This document shows, piece after piece, positions 10,456 through 19,597 of a stretch of DNA of 64,000 nt. The position numbers and the translations under genes were made by a program. The notes beneath the pieces were generated by a model, which had not been told where the DNA came from, ran no database searches, and worked only from the letters and a program-made list of their open reading frames with translations. How positions within the stretch are numbered: the stretch's first letter is position 1; every line of letters begins with the position of its first letter. The stretch is from positions 62,001 to 126,000 of the forward strand of contig CP128817.1 of assembly GCA_051546255.1 (NCBI GenBank). Reading direction: 5' to 3'. Origin of the DNA: Meyerozyma guilliermondii. Lineage: Eukaryota.

Positions 10456-10647
10456 CTAAGCAGACTTCTCGGCACGAGCCTTGGCCAATGCTCTGGCAGT
10501 TCCGTGCAAAGCGTATCTGTGGTTACGACGGAACTTGGCGTCAACTCCCTTCAAGGATGGGTACTTGTTGGTTCTTGGCTTCTTGATACCGTTCTTGTGG
10601 GCCTTTTTGTTCTGGTTGTGGTTGGTGTGGTTCTTAGATTTAGCCAT
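10456..10647 (-). CDS. RPL29: 60S ribosomal protein eL29
   Basis: [27 protein letters not shown] at 10647. Confidence 0.96.
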   Translation of the reverse strand: MAKSKNHTNHNQNKKAHKNGIKKPRTNKYPSLKGVDAKFRRNHRYALHGTARALAKARAEKSA

Positions 10648-10649
10648 TT

Positions 10650-10807
10650 CTGATGTTAGTATGAAATTTTTGAGGTGAATGATGGATTGAAAGGTCAAAA
10701 TTAAATTCAATTAGGCTCTGAAATATCTTCTGGTAGTCGGTAGTATGGTATATAGCCGGAATAACTCGATTCTACATGGCTTTCCCTCAAAAAATTGGCG
10801 TACTTAC
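10650..10807 (-). other. 5'-UTR intron of RPL29 (158 nt)
   Basis: GTAAGT donor at 10807, TACTAAC at 10661-10655, CAG acceptor 2 nt before the ATG. S. cerevisiae RPL29 also has a 5'-UTR intron. Confidence 0.85.
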
Positions 10808-10887
10808 TGCTCTGTTGTGTAACTAGTAACGGACGCTCTCAGATTTCTATGAGACTGCGACACAAAAATTTTCATTACACAAAGCTG

Positions 10888-10909
10888 CACGTGCCGGGCT
10901 CAGCCCTAG
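10888..10909. promoter_or_regulatory. Cbf1-type CACGTG plus inverted Tbf1 pair upstream of RPL29
   Basis: CACGTG at 10888-10893 followed by CCGGGCTCAGCCCTAG; RRPE-like AAAAATTTTCA at about 10864-10874. Confidence 0.7.
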
Positions 10910-10988
10910 AATTGGCTGCGAAATAGTTCATTGCAAGCCTATACTCAAGCCTATACACTCATACTCAATAACTCTCTTTATTCATTAA

Positions 10989-11973
10989 TTACTGAACTGG
11001 CTTAACGTCCATGGTCTTAGCCTTCTTGGCGATCTTATCGTTGGCCTTGGAGCCCATGATACCTCCACCCCAGTGCTTTCTGTTTTCCTCGTATTTGTCA
11101 ATAAAGTTGGCATTGACAGTAGAAATCAACTTGGCCAATTCAGCCTCGTCAGCAGAGTTGACTTCGGTCAAAGCAGCGACAGAAGAGGTCTTCTTGTGAA
11201 CCAAAGTACCCAATCTAGCCTTACCCTTGACAATGGCGTATGGAACACCCATCTTTCTACACAAAGCTGGCAAGAAAACAACCAACTCGATAGGGTCGAC
11301 GTCGTTGGCAATCAAAACCAACTTGGCCTTCTTGTTCTCAACCAAAGAAACAACATGGTTCAATCCGTACTTGACAACAACTGGCTTTGGAGAAGCGTCC
11401 TTAGCAGACTTACCCTCAGCGACGGCAGCAGCCTCCTTGGTCAATCTCTCCTTCTTCTCAGCAGCAGTCTCTGGTCTGTACTTGTTGAACAATTTCAAAG
11501 CTTGAGCAGCGGTATTCTTGTCCAAAGTGTTTTGGAACTGAGAAAGTGCTGGAGGAACCTTCAATCTCAAAGAAAGAATCTTCTTTTGTCTTTGCAATCT
11601 GATGTATTCAGGCCATTTCACAAATCTGGACACATTTCTCTTTGGTTGAACAGATTGACCGATTCCAAAGTTCTTTGGAGTAGACTCAATCAATGGGTTC
11701 TTGGCGGCGGCGGAAGAGCCGGCTGACTTTTTAGATAACGGAGCTGGTGCAACTTTCTTGGCGGGCTGTGTCATTGAGTTAGTACGAGTTCTGGTGCCAG
11801 AACCCTCCTATACTCTACAGTATCTCGAGATACTCAGCCTGTGCAAGAGTGCGGCCTGGATACTATCCAGCCTAACTACGGTACATAGAGCGAGGCCACA
11901 CTCCTGACACAAGATCTAAATCAAAGATATGTAAGCAGGAGGTCCAGCGTCTCTAAAAAGTCAAACTTACCAT
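10989..11973 (-). CDS. RPL8: 60S ribosomal protein eL8 (L7Ae family), join(11973..11971,11765..10989)
   Basis: ATG-only first exon; spliced protein reads [10 protein letters not shown]...[14 protein letters not shown]...[25 protein letters not shown]. Confidence 0.96.
11766..11970 (-). other. Spliceosomal intron in RPL8 (205 nt), highly base-paired
   Basis: ATG|GTAAGT donor, TACTAAC at 11784-11778, CAG acceptor at 11766. Confidence 0.9.
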
Positions 11974-12136
11974 GATGGTGGATTAGATGAAAAAACTAGA
12001 TGAAAAAAAATGCGAAAATTTTTAGTGTTGTTGGTGCACCGATTGACGAACTGCAGATACGCCGAGAGATTTCCTTCCGTACTGCATACGTCTGTTCATC
12101 GACCGACATATCGACGATAAGATTCTCGTTCTCTTT

Positions 12137-13078
12137 ATGTTTGGCCCCTTGATCAATATGGCCGAAGGCGCCTCGAGCGATAACTCTTGGCGCGTAGCTG
12201 TGTCGGGAATAATGGGCTCCAGCTCGTAAGTTCTTTTTTTGTTGTTTTTCCTTGCAATTTACTAATCTAGTTTGGCTTGTTGGATCGTTTTATTAATGCC
12301 CCAATTGATTGAGCAGTGGAGACTTCAATCCGCAGAGGGCATAGCCATCGGGTTCATTTCCATCTGGTTTTTGGGTGATGTTTTGAACCTCATTGGATCC
12401 ATTTGGGCGGGTTTATTACCGGAGGTCATCTTTTTGGCTATCTGGTTTTGCATTGCTGACTCCTTAATGATCTTCTCTTACATTTACTACACCAGGATTT
12501 TCCCCAAGCACCACAGACGCAGATCCTCACACCGTAAACACTCCCATAACTCGTCCCATGAAGTACACGAATCGTCTCTGGGTCAAGAAAATGCTCCACT
12601 TTTGCGCAGAAGATCGTCTACACTCACAGATATCGCCATGGAACAGCCTTACAAAAATGTTTTCGTGAGTTATGTTCTTCCAATTTTGTTTGTCCTCGGT
12701 GCTGGCACCTTGGGTTATTTTCTCTCTGGATCTTCTAGCGGTCCTTCTGAAGACAATAAGCCAATGACATTGGGACCTCAGATCGTGGGATACCTTTCAG
12801 CATTTTTGTATTTGGGTGCCAGAATCCCGCAAATCATACAAAACCACAAGAGAAGGTCTGTGGAAGGGTTGAGTTTACTCTTCTTTCTTTTATCTACTCT
12901 TGGAAATATCACCTATGCGGGACAAATTTTGTTTTACAGAAGCGACTCGCAATATATTTTGCTTAATTTGAGTTGGTTATTGGGGTCAATTGGCACAATT
13001 CTGGAAGATATTTTTATCTTTTTGCAATTCTACATGTACAAGGACTCCAAGCACGAAGCTGTGGCCGGGGATGCTTAG
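12137..13078 (+). CDS. PQ-loop vacuolar basic amino acid transporter (Ypq1/Rtc2 family), join(12137..12225,12271..13078); alternative ATG at 12158
   Basis: Two PQ loops (LLMPQLIEQW, ARIPQIIQNH...SVEGLS). A 45-nt intron at 12226-12270 (GTAAGT, TACTAAT, TAG) restores SGIMGSSSLACW. Confidence 0.88.
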
Positions 13079-13127
13079 GCAATATACGTTTACAATCCGA
13101 AAACGACTTAGTTGCATGTCGTATACA

Positions 13128-14083
13128 TTACTTAATTTTTTCTGTTTGGTCGATAACCTTATTGTCCATATCTGTAAACCATCGAAATACAGTTTGCAAC
13201 CACATAGGCAACACTCGTATCGCTGGAAGTACTGTAGCATAAAGAGGAGCACATAGAACTCCACTTTGGTTTTTTTGAATTCGTTCAACTATTTTGAAAG
13301 CTAGCTTATCGCTGCGAACTATCGGTGCCAATAATTGTTTGGTTGGAACAACATCTTGAAACATAGACGTATTTAATTGCCCTGGTATTACCAATAAAAG
13401 CAGTATCAGGCGATACTCAGACAATTCTTGCCGTAATGATTCATAAATTTGCGTCAATGCCGCTTTGGAACCACAGTATGCGGAGAGGTTTTTTGGTCCC
13501 AATTCGCCGAGAACCGAAGAAATCGACGTTATGAAGAGTCTCTTATGCTTATCAGGTACTGAGCTCTCCGCTAGATGATTCAGCACCAAAGTTTTTATGG
13601 TCCATATATGTGAAAAAGTATTGATGTTGAAAATCCGTCGAATTGAATCGTCTGAAAGATTCATTAGCGACTCCGAATGTCGGATTCCAGCATTATTAAC
13701 GCATATAGTGACTTGTAGCTTTCTTTCAGCCAAATCACGCACCAATTCCGTCAATTTCGACTTCAATTCGTCTTCATTACCAACATCACAATACACATAT
13801 TCAACACCTGCTAGCCTTGTAGAAGGCTCATTGATATCTAAAGCATACACATGTTTCACACCGCGCCTGAGAAGTTCCTGAACAATATTGTGGCCCAAAC
13901 CACGGGACGCCCCGGTCACAAGTGCAACATCATTTTCAGTGAAATTTTTAGTCCTGTTGAAGAATTTTGGCAAGTTGATGAAAAAGAGTATTGACACAAC
14001 AACAAAGAAACTGGGTTAGTACTTGTCACTTTTAAATTACCTAGCTGCATATCCACTTACCATAGTGGTACAGACCACGACAT
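13128..14083 (-). CDS. Membrane-anchored short-chain dehydrogenase/reductase, join(14083..14061,14010..13128)
   Basis: TGASRGLG, NNAG and YCGSK motifs. A 50-nt intron at 14060-14011 (GTAAGT, TACTAAC, CAG) gives the hydrophobic N-terminus MSWSVPLCFFVVVSILFF. Confidence 0.85.
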
Positions 14084-14169
14084 CAACCAAACTTCAACAA
14101 AATCTGAAAGATTGCGAAAATTCAAAATATCACAATTGTGATCCAATGCATTCTATGTATACAGTACAT

Positions 14170-15648
14170 TTATGGATTGAAGTTTGCCAACTTCTTATTA
14201 TCACCTGCTGCTTCCAACATCCAATCGTCCACGCCCGGCCAATTGACCTGGATTTTGCGGGCGTTGGAAAGATCCGTATTCTTGAACAAGTTTTTGCGTT
14301 CTTGTTTCCATTCATCTTGAACATCCATGAACGCAACGTCCCATACCTTGTCATACACCTTTCTTATCTTTGCTTCTTCCTTTTGTCTGACCTCCTCTAG
14401 CGCCATCCACTCCATATGTTTCAAGTCGTCTGACGACGGCTCGTAGATATGCCAAATTACATAGTGCGGTAATCCCACCACAGAGTAACCCATTCGCTTG
14501 GACAATTTCCCAAACGCTTCTGTCTCTGCGTGTTTCTCGAAGGAAAACGCTGGAAAATGAGCACCAGAGCGAAAAACACTGGCTCTGGTCAAAATAGAAA
14601 CACCTCCAATTCCATCCAACTCCATTTCAACTTCAGGGTCTCCATAAGGATCCCGCAAGTATGCAAGATGGGGCCGCCAAGTTTGGTACTCAACGTACCC
14701 TTCCACTATACAAGCGTCCTCATCGAGTTGTTCCGCCAATTGCAATCCTCCGTCGGACTCCTGCCACGAATTCAAGTCATATGGCTGCTGGTTACCCAAC
14801 CAGTCGGGAAGCGGCCGCCAGACATTGGGAACAATAATATCTTTATCATGATGCATCAAGTCTTCGAGAATGGTCGTCGGCACGGTTTCTACATCGGCAT
14901 CACGCCAGTATACGAAGGAATGGTGTGGTTTTATGGCAACTGTCCACAACCAGTTTCTGGCTCGAGCCATCAATTTACGACGAGGGCCCTGGGCAGCAAA
15001 CCCATGTCTGTCAGAGAAGCCCTGACCGATAGCCTGGCCAAAATCCTTCTCGAATATTTCAATCTCGCCAAACCGCGATGCTACATTGGGACTGCTTTGC
15101 ACTTCATTCAAATGCTTTAGTAACGCTCCCATGGTATCATCCGACGAATCACTGACCAAAAAGGCCAAATCAATGAGGTTGTGAGGGTATGTGAGGTTTT
15201 TCATGTGACTGAAGAACATGGGCAAGTGGGCAGCGGCGTCTCGGAGCGGTACACAGAAAAGCACGCGCTCGTCTCGTTGCCAGCCGTCCTTACTGCCTTT
15301 TGAATGGTTGAGATCATAAAATGTCATGCTGGAATCTTCCGAAAAATCAGGAACATAGAGCTTGTTGCCTCCTATATTTGGAGCTAGCACTCCTAATATC
15401 ACTAGTACGGTCACTAGTAGAGAAAGTCCGATTTTCGTTGGCAATGACGTTCGCTTGAAAATACCGTTTTGCCTTTGTTAGTAGTGAAAAGAGAAAACCA
15501 GAAAAAAAGCACACCAAAGAACCAGAGTATAGTAAGCCACGACCAAGTTTTCTTGAAACTTTACCGGTTTTTTCTATCAAAACTTGAACGACGTATTTCA
15601 CGACACTTACTGAGAGGACAGCGAAACAGGAAGCGTTTCTGTTTTCAT
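14170..15648 (-). CDS. ANP1: Mannan polymerase II subunit Anp1 (GT62), join(15648..15611,15472..14170)
   Basis: WRDADV DxD motif, PNVWRPLPDWLG and HIYEPSSDDLKHM are Anp1-specific. A 138-nt intron at 15610-15473 supplies the missing ATG. Confidence 0.92.
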
Positions 15649-15719
15649 GGCCACAAAACTTTATATGTGTAGCTGGAGCCCGTGGTGCTCGTTATATGCG
15701 AGAAAAAAGACACCAAATG

Positions 15720-16006
15720 ACGCGTAAGGATCAAAAGCTATTATAGGGTCTTCAACGTAATTCCCAATCCGATTCAAAACTTTGACGTTTCGCACCACGT
15801 TTGGTACTGCAGACAAGGCAAACAGGAAGGACGATAAGAAAACGCCAAAAATCAGTTCTATGCTTAGAAAAACGACTAGAAATATACTGCCATTGTACAC
15901 AGCCCCAATTTTCTCTTTCAGCTTTTTTTCTCCTCTCCTTCGCCAATTACATTCCCCACCCTCGTGTCCTGCATAAACAACACCCTTTACTTTCGCAGCC
16001 TCGCGT
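15720..16006. promoter_or_regulatory. MCB-type elements in the ANP1/SMC2 divergent promoter
   Basis: ACGCGT at 15720-15725 and TCGCGT at 16001-16006. Confidence 0.45.
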
Positions 16007-16023
16007 AAACAAACACCACTGCA

Positions 16024-19000
16024 ATGAAGGTGGAGGAGTTGATTATAGATGGCTTTAAATCGTATGCAACTCGTACGGTGATCTCAGATTGGGATCCACA
16101 GTTCAATGCAATCACTGGATTGAACGGATCCGGAAAATCAAATATCTTGGACGCAATATGTTTTGTGCTTGGTATCGCCTCGATGACCACGGTTCGAGCT
16201 TCGAATTTACAGGACTTGATTTACAAAAGAGGACAGGCTGGAGTAACCAAGGCGAGTGTGACCATTGTTTTCGACAACAGCGATACCTCCAAGTCTCCTA
16301 TAGGGTTCGAAACTTGCTCCAAAATCAGTGTCACAAGACAGATCATTCTCGGTGGAAGCTCCAAATATTTGGTTAATGGTCACAAAGCTCAACAACAGAC
16401 CGTACTCAATTTATTCCAGTCGGTGCAACTCAACATCAACAACCCCAACTTCCTTATTATGCAAGGTAAAATAACCAAAGTTTTGAACATGAAACCGTCA
16501 GAAATTTTGTCACTCATCGAAGAGGCGGCTGGAACGCGTACTTTCGAAGAACGTAAAGACAAGGCCAAGAAAACTATGGCGAAAAAAGATACAAAACTTG
16601 CTGAGATACGCTCGTTGCTTCAAGAAGAAATCGAACCCAAACTCGAAAAGCTCAGAAACGACAAGCGTACGTTTGTCGAGTACCAACAAGTTCAGACCGA
16701 CCTCGAGAAACTCACCCGCATCATAACTGCCCATGACTATACCACATACAACGAAAAATACAACGACCACAAGAACGGCTTGTCGTCCCAGCGTGAACAA
16801 CGTGATACCTACCAGCGAGAAATGAGCAAAAGGAGCGACGAAATTACCCATTTGAATACAGAACTAGACCATCTCAGGTCGCAGCATGAAGAGGAAATGA
16901 AGAAAGACAACACAATAAAGTCCCTAGAAGCCAGTGAAAACGAAATCACGGAAAAGATCACTCGTCTCAATACCACGAAAGAAATAACTATAGACAACTT
17001 GAAGGAAGAAAAGAAGAAAAAACAAAAACTCCAAGCTCAATACACCAAGGTCGAGCAGCATGTTCTCAATAGTGATGATATCTACAAGAACGCAGAAGCT
17101 GCTTTTAATGATGCTAAACAAAAACTCAACGAAATTAAACAAGAGCATTCCAAGAAAGAAGAACTTTTATCAACATTGTCGACGGGAGTCTCAGCTTCAG
17201 GCGCTACTGATGGTGGATATGTTGCTCTGTTAAAGGAGAGAAAGAAGATGCTTAATGATTCCAGCATACTTATAAAGCAGTCTCAGCTCAAGATTTCCCA
17301 CCTCCGAGAGCAAATCAGTAATGACGAGTCAAAATTGCATGCAGCAAAGCAAGAAACAGCCTCTTTGAAAGATAATATCAAGGTGTACGAGAAGGAAGTC
17401 ACGCTCAAGGAACAGGAGTTGAATAGCTTGGGATATGATACGAGGCGTATCGGGGAGCTCAGAAAGCAAGAGAATGACTTACTGAACGAGTTACACTCCT
17501 TGGACAACCAGTTGAACGCAATAAGAAGAGAAGTGGGAAACATCGACTTTGCATATTCTGATCCCACTCCCAATTTCAATCGAAACTTGGTGCGAGGTGT
17601 TGCGGCACAGTTATTCACGTTGAAAGACTCGGAAACTGAAAAGGCCATGGCACTTCAGGTTTGTGCTGGAGGCCGTCTCTTCAACGTTGTTGTCGATACT
17701 TCTGATGTGGCGTCACAAATTTTGGAAAAGGGTCAGCTCAGAAAAAGGGTGACGATTATACCGCTCGATAAGATATCATCGAAGTCAATTGGTGCCAACA
17801 CCGTCAACACTGCCAAGTCGTTATGCCCCGGAAAGGTCGACCTCGCGATCAACTTGATTGACTTTGAAAATGAGCTCACACAGGCAATGGAATATATATT
17901 TGGGTCAACTTTCATATGCGATGATCCTGATACAGCTAAAAAAGTGACATTTTCCAATCAGATAAGAGCTAGATCGATAACTTTGGAGGGAGATATTTAT
18001 GATCCCGAAGGTAATTTGTCGGGAGGTTCAAGAAGAAACACCTCTTCCATTCTTTTAAACATGCAAAAGTACAACAAGGCGCTCAATCGTATGAACGAGG
18101 TTGCGCAAGAACTTGCTTTTGTACAAGAGGAGTTGGAAAAGTTCAATATTATAGGGAAGCAGACAACTTCTTTGCAAAGCGAGATCAATTTGAAAAAGCA
18201 TGAACTTGGTATTTTACAGAAAAAATTGGATAATAATCCAAGTGCAACCATTCTCCGTAACTACGAAGTCAACCAGAAGGAGATAGTCAACCTCGAAGCA
18301 TCAATTGAGGAAGAGGAGCAAAGATCAGCACAGTATGAAAGCGATATATTGTCCATTGAGCAAGATATGAAAGAGTTCAATAGTGACAAGGGCCTGAAAT
18401 TGAAGCGCATAGAGAAGGAGGTCAACGAATTACGAGAGTTGCTTGTAACTAAGGAGGATGAGATCGAGGCAAAGTCTCAGAAATTTCAGTCAATCGAGCT
18501 TGAAACAGAACAGTACCAAGCAGAACTCAATACTTTAAAGGAAGACTTGGAAACCTGTGAGGCGGCCATAAGAGAGAACGAAAACGAACTGGCTCTGATA
18601 GACAACAAGATTTCTGATTTGTCTACTGAATTAGAAAGTATCAGAGTTCAGCTAGATGAAGAGAGAGCCAATTTGCTCGGACTCAAAGAAGAATTAAATG
18701 CAGTTACGAAAGCTATACAAGAAAAGAAAGATGAAATCAACGAGCTTCAGTTGAACATCCAGAAGTTGGACAATGAACTTGAAAAGTCTACATCTATATC
18801 AAACAACTTGCAGAGCCATATTGACAAGTTGATCGAACTGCATTCTTGGGTGACTGATTCTAACGTTCTCAGAAGCATAATTGATCTGTACCCCAACATT
18901 GATTTAAATGAATGTCGTCTGCAAGTTGCAGTGCTTGAAGAACGGTTTCAAGGAATGAGGCGTAAGGTTAACCCCAATATTATGAGTATGATTGACAATG

Positions 19001-19536
19001 TCGAAAAGAAGGAAGTATCGCTTAGACAAATGATTCGAACCATTGAAAAAGATAAGGCGAAAATAGTCAACACTATTGAAAAGTTGAACGGATACAAACG
19101 GGATACGTTGAATGCAACATACCAGAAGGTATCGGTTGACTTTGGACAAATCTTTGGCGATTTGCTTACCGGTTCATTTGCCAAGTTGGTGCCTGTAGAC
19201 AACGATGATGTCACCAAGGGATTGGAAGTGAAGGTGAAATTAGGACCCGTTTGGAAGGAAAGTTTGGTAGAGTTGTCAGGAGGACAGAGGTCATTGATTG
19301 CCTTATCACTTATTATGGCGCTCTTGCAATTTAAGCCAGCTCCAATGTACATTTTGGACGAGGTGGACGCTGCACTCGATTTGTCACACACCCAAAACAT
19401 CGGACATTTGATCAAAACGAGATTTAAAGGGTCCCAGTTCATTATTGTGTCTCTTAAAGAGGGAATGTTCACCAACGCCAATAGAGTGTTCAGGACGAGA
19501 TTCCAGGACGGAACATCGGTAGTTTCTGTTATGTAA
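16024..19536 (+). CDS. SMC2: Condensin ATPase Smc2
   Basis: Walker A GLNGSGKSN, long coiled coils with hinge, signature LSGGQRS, Walker B ILDEVDAALD. Confidence 0.97.
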   Translation: MKVEELIIDGFKSYATRTVISDWDPQFNAITGLNGSGKSNILDAICFVLGIASMTTVRASNLQDLIYKRGQAGVTKASVTIVFDNSDTSKSPIGFETCSKISVTRQIILGGSSKYLVNGHKAQQQTVLNLFQSVQLNINNPNFLIMQGKITKVLNMKPSEILSLIEEAAGTRTFEERKDKAKKTMAKKDTKLAEIRSLLQEEIEPKLEKLRNDKRTFVEYQQVQTDLEKLTRIITAHDYTTYNEKYNDHKNGLSSQREQRDTYQREMSKRSDEITHLNTELDHLRSQHEEEMKKDNTIKSLEASENEITEKITRLNTTKEITIDNLKEEKKKKQKLQAQYTKVEQHVLNSDDIYKNAEAAFNDAKQKLNEIKQEHSKKEELLSTLSTGVSASGATDGGYVALLKERKKMLNDSSILIKQSQLKISHLREQISNDESKLHAAKQETASLKDNIKVYEKEVTLKEQELNSLGYDTRRIGELRKQENDLLNELHSLDNQLNAIRREVGNIDFAYSDPTPNFNRNLVRGVAAQLFTLKDSETEKAMALQVCAGGRLFNVVVDTSDVASQILEKGQLRKRVTIIPLDKISSKSIGANTVNTAKSLCPGKVDLAINLIDFENELTQAMEYIFGSTFICDDPDTAKKVTFSNQIRARSITLEGDIYDPEGNLSGGSRRNTSSILLNMQKYNKALNRMNEVAQELAFVQEELEKFNIIGKQTTSLQSEINLKKHELGILQKKLDNNPSATILRNYEVNQKEIVNLEASIEEEEQRSAQYESDILSIEQDMKEFNSDKGLKLKRIEKEVNELRELLVTKEDEIEAKSQKFQSIELETEQYQAELNTLKEDLETCEAAIRENENELALIDNKISDLSTELESIRVQLDEERANLLGLKEELNAVTKAIQEKKDEINELQLNIQKLDNELEKSTSISNNLQSHIDKLIELHSWVTDSNVLRSIIDLYPNIDLNECRLQVAVLEERFQGMRRKVNPNIMSMIDNVEKKEVSLRQMIRTIEKDKAKIVNTIEKLNGYKRDTLNATYQKVSVDFGQIFGDLLTGSFAKLVPVDNDDVTKGLEVKVKLGPVWKESLVELSGGQRSLIALSLIMALLQFKPAPMYILDEVDAALDLSHTQNIGHLIKTRFKGSQFIIVSLKEGMFTNANRVFRTRFQDGTSVVSVM

Positions 19537-19597
19537 GTATGTATGGAAAGTTGCAGCCATTGAGCCCGTTGCGCTGTATACAGGAATTTTCAATCCG

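Noticed and set aside
9396..11726. Long antisense ORFs over RPL2 and RPL8
   Set aside because: Expected by-product of strong codon bias in highly expressed genes.
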